NCBI GenBank assembly: GCA_963753435.1
Contig: CAVWCF010000001.1
Location: 416,001-480,000 of the forward strand
Reading direction: 5' to 3'
Length of the DNA stretch: 64,000 nucleotides
Origin: an uncultured Actinomycetota bacterium
Lineage (GTDB): Bacteria; Actinomycetota; Actinomycetes; CAVWCF01
Shown here: positions 48,863-61,481 of the stretch, one piece after another
Numbering within the stretch: position 1 is the first letter of the stretch
Layout of the letters: the number at the start of each line of letters is the position of its first letter
Notes under the pieces: model-generated
What the model was told of the DNA's origin: nothing
What the model saw: only the letters and a program-made list of their open reading frames with translations
The model's database searches: none
Position numbers and translations under genes: made by a program

Positions 48863-49234
48863 CTACAGGCGAGCCCGGAACTGCCGCCCCTGAAGCGCCT
48901 GGTCCACCAGCTCGACCGCACGCTGCAGCGCCGCCAGGCGGGCGCCTTCGCGTTCGTAGGCGACGAGCACCCGATCGATCGCTTCGGTCGGGAGCAGATC
49001 GCGCAGCGTCGCCCGCGCCGATGCGTAGCCGCGTCGCGCCGCGGCAAGCTCGGCGTCGACGTGGTGAACGGCCAGCCGCGACAGGGCGACCGGATAGGCC
49101 CGTAGCACCTCGTAGGACCGGTATTCCGGCGGACACTGATCGAGCAGCCACTTGACCGCGCCGTCAGTCCAGTCCGCCGCTCCTGGCGGCGGTACGGACG
49201 CCGGCCAACCGGGCGGCGCCGGACTGGACGCCAC
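48863..49234 (-). CDS. Conserved actinobacterial hypothetical protein
   Basis: PPGWP..VPPPG..DW...A..WLLDQCPPEYR pattern. Confidence 0.7.
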   Translation of the reverse strand: MASSPAPPGWPASVPPPGAADWTDGAVKWLLDQCPPEYRSYEVLRAYPVALSRLAVHHVDAELAAARRGYASARATLRDLLPTEAIDRVLVAYEREGARLAALQRAVELVDQALQGRQFRARL

Positions 49235-49240
49235 CGTGCC

Positions 49241-51901
<2,661 letters not shown>

Positions 51902-51971
51902 GCTTCCTCCTTGAGTCTGGTTCATCCTGCCGTCCCGCCCCGGATCAGCCGCCGGTGGGTCAGTGGGAATT

Positions 51972-51989
51972 TATCTTGACGTCAAGATA
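51972..51989. promoter_or_regulatory. Perfect 18-bp palindromic operator upstream of acnA (TamR/PecS-type MarR site)
   Basis: TATCTTGACGTCAAGATA read directly. Confidence 0.75.
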
Positions 51990-51992
51990 CTA

Positions 51993-53183
51993 CTACGACG
52001 CTCGATCGAACCAGGCAACTGCCTCGACGTGATGGGTCATGGGGAAGGCGTCGAAGCCCCTTAGCCCGGCGAGGCGCCAGCCGTGCTCCAGGAGCACCGC
52101 GGTGTCCCGGGCCAGCGCCGCGGGATCGCAGGCCACGTAGACGATGCGGCGCCGCGTCCGCTCCGCGATCTGCGCGATCGTTTTCAACCCGGCGCCACTA
52201 CGCGGCGGGTCGAGGACGCACACGTCGAACGATTCATCCGTCCCCCGCAGCCAGTCCCCGACGCTGGCGCAGTGCAGGCGCGCCTGGGGCAGGTCGTGCA
52301 GGTTTCGCTTTGCGTCCCTCACCGCTCGCGCGGCCGACTCCACCACATCGACACGACCGCTGGTACCGGTCGCTTCGGCCAGGAAGGCGGCGAACAACCC
52401 GACCCCCGCGTAGAGATCCACGACCCGCTCCCCGGGAGCGATGTCCGCAGCGGCGCTGACCGCCTCGGCCAAGACCCCGGCCGCGGCCGGGTGGACCTGC
52501 CAGAAACCAAGGCCATGGACGCGGAACGTGCGCTCCCCCACGAGCTCCTGGATGCGGCTGGGACCGATTGCCGGCTCGCCATCGACTGCGACCGAAACCT
52601 CGCCCGTCGCGACAGATGCGGCCGCTTCGACACTGTGCGCACCCGGCCAAGGCCGCGTAAGGGCCCCGCTTTCGCGCAGCAGCGGGTGGGCCAGCAGACA
52701 CTCCGGGGTGGCGATGACCTCATCGCTGCGATGTCGATGCAACCCAGCGGCGCCCTCGGCAGTGACGGCCAACCGCATGCGCGTGCGCCAGCCGAGCCCG
52801 TCGCCGTCAGGCAGTTCCTCCACCGCCACCTCGACGTCCAGTCCGGCCAACCGGGCCATCTGCTCGGCCAGGACAGCGCCCTTGTACCGACGTTGCGCCG
52901 GCAACGATGCGTGCTGGAAGTCGCAACCTCCGCAGCCGCCGGGGCGAGCCAAGGGGCATGGCGGGACAACGCGGTCCGCCGATGGGGTGAGCACCGCGAT
53001 CGCATCCGCGCGCAGGAACCGTCCGCGGGAACCGATACTGCTGACGCGGGCGGTGACCGTTTCGCCGGGCAGGCCGTGTCGGACGAAGAGCACGCGGCCG
53101 TCGACCCGCCCAACCACGTGCCCGCCGTGCGCGACTCGATCCAAGGTGACGTCGACAGTGTCGCCGACTTCGAGCTCAGTCAT
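51993..53183 (-). CDS. TRAM-domain class I SAM-dependent RNA (uracil-5) methyltransferase (RlmD/TrmA family)
   Basis: CGGCDFQH, FWQVH, DLYAGVG, LDPPRSG, YVACDP, FPMTHHVE. Confidence 0.92.
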   Translation of the reverse strand: MTELEVGDTVDVTLDRVAHGGHVVGRVDGRVLFVRHGLPGETVTARVSSIGSRGRFLRADAIAVLTPSADRVVPPCPLARPGGCGGCDFQHASLPAQRRYKGAVLAEQMARLAGLDVEVAVEELPDGDGLGWRTRMRLAVTAEGAAGLHRHRSDEVIATPECLLAHPLLRESGALTRPWPGAHSVEAAASVATGEVSVAVDGEPAIGPSRIQELVGERTFRVHGLGFWQVHPAAAGVLAEAVSAAADIAPGERVVDLYAGVGLFAAFLAEATGTSGRVDVVESAARAVRDAKRNLHDLPQARLHCASVGDWLRGTDESFDVCVLDPPRSGAGLKTIAQIAERTRRRIVYVACDPAALARDTAVLLEHGWRLAGLRGFDAFPMTHHVEAVAWFDRAS

Positions 53184-55167
53184 CCTCGGCGCCGGCGCGG
53201 CGGACCAACTCCGCCGCGAAGGGTTCGGGCGCGGGGCGATCGGCGTCCTCAGCCGACGCAAGTTGCCAGGGCACGCTGGTCATTAGGACGCCGGGAGTGA
53301 ACAGCAATCGAGCCTTGATACGTAGCGCGCTTTGGTTGTGCAGCAACTGCTCCCACCAACGCCCGACCACGTACTCGGGCACGTAGACGACAACGAGGTC
53401 GCGCGGACTTTCCCTGCGGATCCGCTTGACGTAGTCCACGGCTGGCTTGGTGACTTCGCGGTACGGCGAATGCAGCACCCGCAGTGGCACGGGTATCCGC
53501 CGTCGTTCCCAGTCGCGCAACAAGACGTCGGTGTCCTCGGGGTCGACCGCAACCGTGACCGCCTCCAGGGTGTCCGGCCTCGCGGCTCGGGCGAAGGACA
53601 ACGCCCGCAGCGTGGGCCGGTGCAGGGACGAGACGAGGACTACCCCGTGGACGCGTGGTGGCAGCGCCGTGGTCTCGTCGGCATCGGCGAGGAGTTCCCG
53701 CGACACCGATTGGTAGTGGCGGTTGATGGCGCGCATTAGCAGCACCAGCAGCGGGATGGCCACCACCACGATCCAGCCACCCCTGGAGAACTTGCTGATC
53801 AGGGCCACAACGAGCACAGCCCCGGTCGCGGCGCAGCCGATCGTGTTGATGGCGCGTGCCCGGCGCATGCGGGCTCTGGCAGCTGCATCCCGCTCGTTGC
53901 GCAGCAGCCGGGTCCAGTGCCTCGTCATTCCAAACTGACTGAGCGTGAACGCCAGGAAGACGCCGATCACGTACAACTGGATGAGTGCGGTGACCCGCGC
54001 CTCGAAAGCGACTACCAGGGCTGCGGCCCCCAATGACAGCAACACGATGCCGTTGCTGAAGGCCAGCCGGTCTCCACGAGTGTGCAGCTGCCGGGGCAGC
54101 AGCCGGTCCCGTGCCAGGATCGACCCGAGTACGGGGAACCCGTTGAAGGCGGTGTTGGCCGCGAGTACCAGAATTGCCGCAGTCGCACCTGCTATGAACC
54201 AGTAGCCCAACTCGAAGTTGCCGAAGACCGCCGCGGCAACCTGTGTGATGACGGTCTTCTGCTCCTCGCCCGCCGGCAGCCCGATCAGGTTCTCGCTGTT
54301 CTCAGCAACCTTCACGTCGGTTATCAGCGCGAGCGCCGTGACCGACAGGAACAGCGTGATCGCGACCGCGCCCAGCAGCGCCAACGTTCGTGCCGCGTTC
54401 TTGGACTTGGGTGATCGGAAGGCCGGAACCCCGTTGCTGATGGCTTCGACCCCGGTCAGCGCAGTGGCACCGGATGCGAACGCCCGCATGAGCAGCAGCA
54501 CCAGCGCGACACCCGTCAGGGACTCCGCCTCCGGCACGATCGTGTACCCAGCTGACTCCGCCTGCAGACTCGCTCCACCGGCCAGCCGGACCAGAGCCCA
54601 CGTGATCATCACGAACATGCCGCCGATGAACAGGTAGGTGGGGATCGCGAACGCGGTCCCGGACTCCTTGACCCCACGCAGGTTCAGCATCGTCATTGCC
54701 GCGATGAGGATCACCGCCATCAGGACCTGGTGCTGGGCCGACCATGGCAAGACCGAACCCAGGTTCGCCACCGCCGCGGAAATCGACACCGCAACCGTCA
54801 AGACGTAGTCGACCAGTAGCGCCGCGGCTGTCACCAGCCCCGCCCTGGCCCCAAGGTTCGTTGTTACGACCTCGTAGTCACCGCCACCGGACGGGTAGGC
54901 ATGCACGGTCTGCCGATAGGACGCGATCACGATCACCATGAGCACCGCGACGCATACCGCCAACCAGGGGGCATAACCGAAGAACGCCAGGCCGCCAAGG
55001 GAAAGGACGATCAGGATCTCTTGCGTCGCGTAGGAAACGCTGGAGAGCGCATCGCTGGCGAAGACCGGCAGCGCGATGCGGACCGGTAGCAGTTTCTCGC
55101 CAAGTCGCTCCGACTCCTGGGGGCGACCGATTACCAAGCGCTTGACCGAATCGGCAACCTCTGGCAC
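53176..55167 (-). CDS. APC-family permease (KimA-like potassium transporter)
   Basis: SDALSSVSYATQE, YPSGGGDY, TGVEAISNG, LLHNQSA; divergent from a trkA pair. Confidence 0.88.
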   Translation of the reverse strand: MPEVADSVKRLVIGRPQESERLGEKLLPVRIALPVFASDALSSVSYATQEILIVLSLGGLAFFGYAPWLAVCVAVLMVIVIASYRQTVHAYPSGGGDYEVVTTNLGARAGLVTAAALLVDYVLTVAVSISAAVANLGSVLPWSAQHQVLMAVILIAAMTMLNLRGVKESGTAFAIPTYLFIGGMFVMITWALVRLAGGASLQAESAGYTIVPEAESLTGVALVLLLMRAFASGATALTGVEAISNGVPAFRSPKSKNAARTLALLGAVAITLFLSVTALALITDVKVAENSENLIGLPAGEEQKTVITQVAAAVFGNFELGYWFIAGATAAILVLAANTAFNGFPVLGSILARDRLLPRQLHTRGDRLAFSNGIVLLSLGAAALVVAFEARVTALIQLYVIGVFLAFTLSQFGMTRHWTRLLRNERDAAARARMRRARAINTIGCAATGAVLVVALISKFSRGGWIVVVAIPLLVLLMRAINRHYQSVSRELLADADETTALPPRVHGVVLVSSLHRPTLRALSFARAARPDTLEAVTVAVDPEDTDVLLRDWERRRIPVPLRVLHSPYREVTKPAVDYVKRIRRESPRDLVVVYVPEYVVGRWWEQLLHNQSALRIKARLLFTPGVLMTSVPWQLASAEDADRPAPEPFAAELVRRAGAEDD

Positions 55168-55209
55168 GGGGGGAACGGTAGACCCGCCGGACCGGTAGCG
55201 TGTGCTGCC

Positions 55210-55875
55210 GTGCACGCGGTAATCATGGGATGCGGACGTGTCGGCTCCACCCTCGCTCACAATTTCGAGGAGTTGGGCCACACCGTCGCGGTCGTCGACC
55301 AGGACCCCAAGTCGTTCCGACGGCTGTCCAGCGACTTCGCCGGCCGCACTGTGACCGGTATCGGCTTCGATCAGGGCACGCTCTTGGAGGCCGGCATCGA
55401 AGAGGCCGGGGCGTTCGCCGCTGTCAGCAGCGGCGACAACTCCAACATCGTGGCCGCGCGTGTCGCGCGTGAGGTCTACCAGGTGCCCTACGTGGCTGCA
55501 CGCATCTATGACCCCGGCCGGGCCGAGATCTACTCCAGGCTCGGCATCCCGACCGTGGGCACGGTTCGGTGGACTGCCGACCAGATGCTGCGCAGGCTGC
55601 TTCCGGAAGGCAGCCGCACGGACTGGGTGGACGGCACCGGGACGGTCCGGCTGGCCCAGGTGGCGGTGAACCCTGGTTGGGCTGGGGTTTCCATCGAGCG
55701 GGTGGAGCGCGCCACCGGCGTGCGCGCGGCCTTCATCGATCGCTTCGGCGAAGGCGTGCTGCCGACCACAAGCACACTGCTGCAGGACGGAGACGTCCTG
55801 CACGTGCTCATGCACCCAGGTGACACCCGCCAGGTGGAACGGACCCTGGCCGAACCCCCGCAGAAGGGTCGCTGA
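55210..55875 (+). CDS. trkA: TrkA-family potassium uptake regulator (CeoB-like)
   Basis: GCGRVG, GDNSNI. Confidence 0.9.
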   Translation: MHAVIMGCGRVGSTLAHNFEELGHTVAVVDQDPKSFRRLSSDFAGRTVTGIGFDQGTLLEAGIEEAGAFAAVSSGDNSNIVAARVAREVYQVPYVAARIYDPGRAEIYSRLGIPTVGTVRWTADQMLRRLLPEGSRTDWVDGTGTVRLAQVAVNPGWAGVSIERVERATGVRAAFIDRFGEGVLPTTSTLLQDGDVLHVLMHPGDTRQVERTLAEPPQKGR

Positions 55876-56537
55876 TGCGCATCGTGATCGCCGGCGCGGG
55901 CAAGGTCGGCCGCGCAATCGCCGAGGAACTGGTGTCGTCCGGGCACGACGTGCTGCTCGTCGACCGGGACAACCGGGCCATCCGTCCGGATTCGGTCCCC
56001 GGGGCGGAGTGGATGTGCGCCGACGCCTGCGAGTTCGCAGCCCTGGAGGAGGCCCGGCTCACCGACTGCGACGTCGTGGTAGCCGCCAGCGGCGATGACA
56101 AGGTCAACCTGGTCGTATCCCTGCTGGCCAAGACCGAGTACGGCGTCCCAAAAGTGGTTGCCCGGGTGAATCACCCCCGCAACGAGTGGATGTTCGACGA
56201 GTCCTGGGGCGTCGACGTAGCCGTGTCACAGCCACGATCAATGGTCGCCCTCATCGAGGAAGCCGTGGCCGTTGGTGACGTCGTGCGGCTGATGGAGTTC
56301 AAACACGGCAACGCCAACCTGGTCGAGTTGACCTTGCCGGACGACTCTCCCGCCGCCGGCAAGCGGATCGGTGCCATCAACTGGCCCGTCAACGTTGCGC
56401 CGGTCAGCATCGTCCGCGGTGATCGGGTGATCGCCCCGACTGCCGATGACACGGTTGAGGTCGGCGACGAGTTGCTCTTTGTGGCACCGGCGCAGGCCGA
56501 ACCGGCACTCAAGCAGGTCTTGGCTCCCGGCCCCTAG
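55875..56537 (+). CDS. trkA: TrkA-family potassium uptake regulator (CeoC-like)
   Basis: GAGKVG, GDDKVNLV, WGVDVAVS. Confidence 0.9.
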   Translation: MRIVIAGAGKVGRAIAEELVSSGHDVLLVDRDNRAIRPDSVPGAEWMCADACEFAALEEARLTDCDVVVAASGDDKVNLVVSLLAKTEYGVPKVVARVNHPRNEWMFDESWGVDVAVSQPRSMVALIEEAVAVGDVVRLMEFKHGNANLVELTLPDDSPAAGKRIGAINWPVNVAPVSIVRGDRVIAPTADDTVEVGDELLFVAPAQAEPALKQVLAPGP

Positions 56538-57226
56538 GAGTCGGTGCTCGCCGTCTCCGGCTCAGCGTCGTCGTCTTGCGCCGCTGGCACCGACCGGGGC
56601 GTCTTGCGTAGCACTTGGTAGGTCAGCCAACCCGTCAACGCGAACAACGGCAGGCCCAGCGGGATGCCCGCAAAGCCCAGGGCGGTGACCGCCCCGGCCA
56701 GGTAGAGCGGGATCTGCACTGCCAGCCGAATCGCGAACATCCCGGCCCACAGCCAGGTCACCAGTGTGTACGCGCGCAGCCGCACCGGGTCCTGGCGCCA
56801 AGCGAATCCCTCACCCAGGACCGGCCCCAGGAACACACCCATCAGCGGCCAGCGCACCAGGGCGCTGATGGCGTATGCGCCGCCGTAGGCCGCGTTCTTG
56901 ATCAGTGAGGGTAGGAAGAAGTCCTCAGCTCGACCCGTCCTGGAGGCGATGAAGGCCATCAGGCCGACACCGATCAGGCCCGCAATCGCCTGCTGTACCG
57001 GTCGCCGCTGGATGAGGCTGAGCACGGCCAGCGCGACGCCACATCCCAGCGCGATCCAGGCGGACAATTGGAGATCACTTCCCGTGACCGCGTAGGCCAC
57101 GGCGAAGACCGCTCCGGGTATGCCGGCATCCACCAGGCCACGCGGCCCGCCAAAGAGTTCGGCGACGCCGACCTCCTGGGGGTTGGCGTCGCTGAGTGCC
57201 TCGGGGCGCTTCGGGTCTTGACTCAC
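56534..57226 (-). CDS. DUF3159 membrane protein
   Basis: GGPRG, TGRAEDFFLP, RWPLMG; synteny. Confidence 0.85.
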   Translation of the reverse strand: MSQDPKRPEALSDANPQEVGVAELFGGPRGLVDAGIPGAVFAVAYAVTGSDLQLSAWIALGCGVALAVLSLIQRRPVQQAIAGLIGVGLMAFIASRTGRAEDFFLPSLIKNAAYGGAYAISALVRWPLMGVFLGPVLGEGFAWRQDPVRLRAYTLVTWLWAGMFAIRLAVQIPLYLAGAVTALGFAGIPLGLPLFALTGWLTYQVLRKTPRSVPAAQDDDAEPETASTDS

Positions 57227-57501
57227 GGCAGCAACTCATACATCGGATTCACCAGAGCCGTCCCCCGCCGCCAACGCACGGGGCGGCCGCGTACCGCCAG
57301 TCGGGTGCCGGGACGGATGCCGGGGATCGCCCGCCGCCCCAGCCAGACCACCTGCACGGTTTGCTTGTCCACCTGCAGTTCCACCTCGAAGTTGGGTGCC
57401 GCACCCTCCGCGGCCAACCGCAGCGATGCCACCCTGCCTTCGAGCCGGATCTGGCTACGTCGGCGAGCCGCCTCGGCGACATCCGGCGCGGGGGTGCTCA
57501 C
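57223..57501 (-). CDS. OB-fold nucleic-acid-binding protein
   Basis: VVWLGRRAIPGI.PG...NP.YEL. Confidence 0.85.
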   Translation of the reverse strand: MSTPAPDVAEAARRRSQIRLEGRVASLRLAAEGAAPNFEVELQVDKQTVQVVWLGRRAIPGIRPGTRLAVRGRPVRWRRGTALVNPMYELLP

Positions 57502-57510
57502 CCCTTGAGG

Positions 57511-58197
57511 CTACCCGCCGGTAGCGCCACCGCCCGCTGGCGCGGCGCCGGGGTCGCTGGCCTGACTCGGCATCACCAGCGGGATGAGCGAACGCGGCGC
57601 CATGGGTTCGGTGCCGCGATCGACCACGACACCACGCACGACTGCCTCCAGCGACGCACGAACCTCATCGTCGGAGACCGCAGCACCGGTGAAGACCAGC
57701 CGCAGCAACCAGCGTGGCCCGTCCACCCCGGCGAATACCGCCGGTATCTGCTGCTGCTTGCCGTCCGGACCGGTAACGGTCACCACCCCGTGCAACTCCG
57801 GACCGAACGGGCCGTCGATCTCGTCGCAGCTCGCGCCGGACTGCGTCATTGAACTGGCGATATCGGCACGGACGTCCGGCCAAAGCGGATCGGCACGTGA
57901 GGCCGCGAACGCCTGCAGTTGCACCGCACCTTCGTTCATCAAGACCGTGGCCGAGACCACCGTCTTGGTGGCCGGGTCGGCCTCGATACGGATCTGCATC
58001 TCCGCGATTGCCGGGATCTGCAGGCCGCCCAGATTCAGCCGCTCCACCTCGGGGACGGGATCGCTGGCGTCGTAGGGGCCAGACGTGGGCCCCGCCTCGT
58101 CGGCCCGACCCGCCAGATCCTCGGTACCGCCGGCCCCCTCCCCCGGCGGCGCAGCCTCGGTCGTCGTGGCGTCCTGCTTCTTGCGTCGATTGAACAT
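57511..58197 (-). CDS. DUF3710 family protein
   Basis: GPYD, QLQAFAA, GPFGPEL, GVDGPRW.LR. Confidence 0.87.
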   Translation of the reverse strand: MFNRRKKQDATTTEAAPPGEGAGGTEDLAGRADEAGPTSGPYDASDPVPEVERLNLGGLQIPAIAEMQIRIEADPATKTVVSATVLMNEGAVQLQAFAASRADPLWPDVRADIASSMTQSGASCDEIDGPFGPELHGVVTVTGPDGKQQQIPAVFAGVDGPRWLLRLVFTGAAVSDDEVRASLEAVVRGVVVDRGTEPMAPRSLIPLVMPSQASDPGAAPAGGGATGG

Positions 58198-58198
58198 G

Positions 58199-58654
58199 TC
58201 ACGAACCCCCCGTGTCCGAACCGACTCCGGTCGAACCGAAGCCGCCATCCCCACGCATCGAACCGGGGAGTTTCTCCACCTCGTGAAAGCGCGCCGCCGC
58301 CACCTCTTGGATTACCAACTGCGCGATGCGATCCCCGCGGCGCAACTGCACCGGGTGGATCGGATCCAGGTTGATGAGGCTCACCTGGATCTCACCCCGG
58401 TAGCCGGCATCGATCGTGCCGGGGCTGTTGACCAGGCTCACCCCGTAGCGCACGGCCAGGCCACTGCGCGGGTGGACGAACGCCGCGAATCCGTCCGGCA
58501 GTGCGATGGCGATGCCAGTGGGCAGTAGCACCCGCTGTCCCGGATCCACGGTCGCGTCGACAGTCGTGACCAGATCTGCGCCCGCATCACCCGGGTGGGC
58601 GTAACTGGGCAGCGGTACGTCCGGGTCCAAGCGCTGAACGAGGACATCGGTCAC
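58199..58654 (-). CDS. dut: dUTP diphosphatase
   Basis: [33 protein letters not shown]. Confidence 0.97.
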   Translation of the reverse strand: MTDVLVQRLDPDVPLPSYAHPGDAGADLVTTVDATVDPGQRVLLPTGIAIALPDGFAAFVHPRSGLAVRYGVSLVNSPGTIDAGYRGEIQVSLINLDPIHPVQLRRGDRIAQLVIQEVAAARFHEVEKLPGSMRGDGGFGSTGVGSDTGGS

Positions 58655-59229
58655 GGGTTCACCTCGTACATCCGCGCAGAATGCAGCACCCGGGCCTCGG
58701 TCCGCGCCGCCTCGACGTCCTCAGGCCGCCCGTGGGTGACGAAGTGCTCCAACGGCACCGTCACGAACACCGCCGCGGCCGTGACGGCCACGGGTCCATC
58801 GACGGCGCCGAGGCGCCCGACGGCGCGGGTGTAGATCTTGCGGCGGGCCACGCCGATCACCTCGGCGTCCAGGTACAGGCGCGACCCGACGGGAACTGGG
58901 CGGCGGAAGTCAGTCTCAAGCCGAGCCGTCACCGCCGGCGTCCGCAACAGCCAGATCAACGCGCCCAGAGCCTCATCGAAGGCAGCGGCCAGCAGTCCGC
59001 CGTGGGCCAACCCCGGAGCGCCCTGGTGATGCTCACCGACAGCCAGTTCCGCGGTCAGGGCGACGCCTTCCCCGGCGCGAACCCGCAGGTGCAACCCGGT
59101 CGGATGGTCCTCACCGCACCCGAAGCAAAGCCGGTAGTGCGAGGGGATCTCCTCCCCCGGTCCGGGGGCATCGGGGTGGCGCTCCGGAACCCCCACATCG
59201 GCGGGCGGATCGGTGCTGCGACGACTCAC
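58651..59229 (-). CDS. PaaI-family hotdog thioesterase
   Basis: [21 protein letters not shown]. Confidence 0.87.
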   Translation of the reverse strand: MSRRSTDPPADVGVPERHPDAPGPGEEIPSHYRLCFGCGEDHPTGLHLRVRAGEGVALTAELAVGEHHQGAPGLAHGGLLAAAFDEALGALIWLLRTPAVTARLETDFRRPVPVGSRLYLDAEVIGVARRKIYTRAVGRLGAVDGPVAVTAAAVFVTVPLEHFVTHGRPEDVEAARTEARVLHSARMYEVNP

Positions 59230-59280
59230 TCCGCGGACCCTACTGACGACTCTCCCGCGCGCGCTGACAGGCTGCGACTC

Positions 59281-59760
59281 GTGGAGTCCGAACTGACGCA
59301 CTCGGAGCGGCTCTGGGCCCCCTGGCCGTGGTGGGCGGGGGGCCTGGCGCTCATCGCCACCTTGGCCTGGGCGTACGGGTACGCCACCCGCGGCTGGGTC
59401 GGCTGGTTGGTCTTCGGCATCGGCGGGGCGCTCTACCTGTGGTGGCTGTGGCGCGCCGCCGCCCCGGTCGAAGTAGGCCCCGATGGCCTGCGCGCCGCCG
59501 GGGCGCACCTGACCCCGGAGTACCTCGGAGCCGTCCTCCCCCTGGATCGCGACGAATCCGCACGTCTGCGCGGAGTCGAGGCGGACCCCCGCGCGTTCCT
59601 CATCCTGCGCGGCTGGATCCCCACTGCCGTGCGGGTGGACGTCGCCGACCCGGACGACCCGGTGCCCTACTGGTACGTGTCCACCCGGCAGCCGGAGCAA
59701 CTGGCGCAGTGCCTCATCCGGCTGCGACCGGATCGCGACCACACGGCGGCCCCCGACTAG
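59281..59760 (+). CDS. DUF3093 membrane protein
   Basis: ERLW.PW.WW, DPRAF...RGWI, DPDDPVPYWYVSTR.P. Confidence 0.87.
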   Translation: MESELTHSERLWAPWPWWAGGLALIATLAWAYGYATRGWVGWLVFGIGGALYLWWLWRAAAPVEVGPDGLRAAGAHLTPEYLGAVLPLDRDESARLRGVEADPRAFLILRGWIPTAVRVDVADPDDPVPYWYVSTRQPEQLAQCLIRLRPDRDHTAAPD

Positions 59761-59839
59761 GGCAACATGTGTCCGTAGCGACGCGGAGCCGGCCAGTGCC
59801 GGCCCGATGCCGAGCCGACCGGAGGAGCGGGGATCCCTG

Positions 59840-60097
59840 ATGGACCAGATGATGTGGCGCGTGGTCGGGCTGGGTGCCACCTTCGCGGCGGCGGCCCTGG
59901 CGAAGAAGGCGGTCGACATCACCTGGGTAGCCCTGGCCGGGGAGGACCCGCCTTCGGCCGACGATCCCGAAGTCAGCTTGAAGAAGGTGATTGCGTTCAC
60001 GGCGGCGACCGCAGCAGCAGTCGCGGTTGCCCAACTGGTGGCGAATCGCGGAATCGCTCGAGCCAAAGCTGGCTACGGCGTCCAAGCCGCCGGTTAG
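59840..60097 (+). CDS. DUF4235 family small membrane protein
   Basis: W...GEDPP...DPEVS pattern with two hydrophobic helices. Confidence 0.75.
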   Translation: MDQMMWRVVGLGATFAAAALAKKAVDITWVALAGEDPPSADDPEVSLKKVIAFTAATAAAVAVAQLVANRGIARAKAGYGVQAAG

Positions 60098-60975
60098 GCG
60101 GTTGTGCCGCCCGATGGGTAGCGCGGGTCGGGCTGGACGCCACCCAGGACCGGGGGCGGCCCGCTGATCGCATCCGGCTGCTGACCACCCAATAGGCCAT
60201 GCAGCATGCGCCCACCCCAGCCACCGGTAAGGGGTCGACGCTGGCGCAGGTCCACCCGGATCGAGTCGGCTAGACGGCGCGTCTCGCGGTGGTTGGCAGC
60301 CGCTCCCAGCGCCGCACCCGCAGCCAGTGGGATGAGCGACCACATGGACTTCAGTCCGCGGCGGCGCAGTCCCCAGGTGATCATGCGCCGGCTACCGACC
60401 CCCAGCGCGGTGACGGCAGTGGCCGGTCGCAGTGGGTCCACGCCGCGCCGGTTGGACCAACTCAGCAGGTAGGCGCCGGCCCGCTGGCTCGGCGTACCGG
60501 CGACCCCGGCCCCGTAGACCTCGTGCAACTCGGCGACGAGTTTCACCTCGACAAGGGCCAGCAGGGCCGTCTCCACCGCGAGATGAACGGGAACGGAGAT
60601 GACCGCTGCCGGACCCAGGTGGCTGAACGCGGCGAAAGCGCCCCCCGCCGCGCCGATTCCCCCGGTGGCGATGCTGGCGTTGCGCACCAGGGCGTCGGCC
60701 ATCTCCTCCGTCGACTTGCCGGCATGGTGCTGCCGCAAGGTCTCCGCGTCGCGCAACGGCAAGTACGGCACAGCCTGGGTAACCAGATCGCCCAGCCAAC
60801 GGCCACTGGCGATCGCTCCGGCTCCCGCTGTCCGCGCCGACTCTGCGGTCGCGAGACTGAGTTCGCGCATGAGCCGGCGCCGCTCCGACGGATCGGGGCG
60901 ACCGGACTTGGAGAAGTCCGCGAGCCGACCCAGCAGCGGGCCGACACCGTCGGCCGCGGTCAATGGGTCAGCCAC
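60094..60975 (-). CDS. Conserved hypothetical protein (EcsC-like)
   Basis: EVKLVAELHEVYG, GAALGAAANHRETR; synteny with DUF4193. Confidence 0.7.
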   Translation of the reverse strand: MADPLTAADGVGPLLGRLADFSKSGRPDPSERRRLMRELSLATAESARTAGAGAIASGRWLGDLVTQAVPYLPLRDAETLRQHHAGKSTEEMADALVRNASIATGGIGAAGGAFAAFSHLGPAAVISVPVHLAVETALLALVEVKLVAELHEVYGAGVAGTPSQRAGAYLLSWSNRRGVDPLRPATAVTALGVGSRRMITWGLRRRGLKSMWSLIPLAAGAALGAAANHRETRRLADSIRVDLRQRRPLTGGWGGRMLHGLLGGQQPDAISGPPPVLGGVQPDPRYPSGGTTA

Positions 60976-60990
60976 CGCTGGTGCCTCCGA

Positions 60991-61290
60991 TCAGGCGGCG
61001 CAGTCGGCGCAGACCGGCTGGCCTTTGTCCTCCGCCGCCAATTGGCTGCGGTGATGCACGAGGAAGCAGTGGGCACAGGTGAACTCGTCGTCCTGGCGCG
61101 GCAGGACGCGGATCGCCAACTCTTCCTTGGACAGGTCGGCGCCGGGCAATTCCATGTTCTCCGCCGCGTCGGCCTCGTCCACGTCCACAGCACCCGACTG
61201 AGCATCGTTGCGGCGCGCCTTGAGTTCCTCGATGCTCTCCTCGACGACGTCGTCGTCGGTCTTGCGTGGGGCGTCGTAGTCGGTCGCCAT
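60991..61290 (-). CDS. DUF4193 family protein
   Basis: MATDYDAPR, ELPGADLS, EFTC..CFLVHHRSQL...C.DC. Confidence 0.92.
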   Translation of the reverse strand: MATDYDAPRKTDDDVVEESIEELKARRNDAQSGAVDVDEADAAENMELPGADLSKEELAIRVLPRQDDEFTCAHCFLVHHRSQLAAEDKGQPVCADCAA

Positions 61291-61481
61291 GCCTTCTCCT
61301 ACCGTCTCTGGTGCCTGCAGAACCGTCGGACACCGCATAACGCCGTGCGGCGCCAATTCATGCCCGAGCCGGCGCATTGTGCCCTAAACCGACCGAAGAT
61401 GTGCATTCGAAGCGCCAGGACCCGGGTAACTGCCGTGTGTTGCGCTCCGATGGGATGCTCCGCCTAGCGAAAGGGGTTCCG

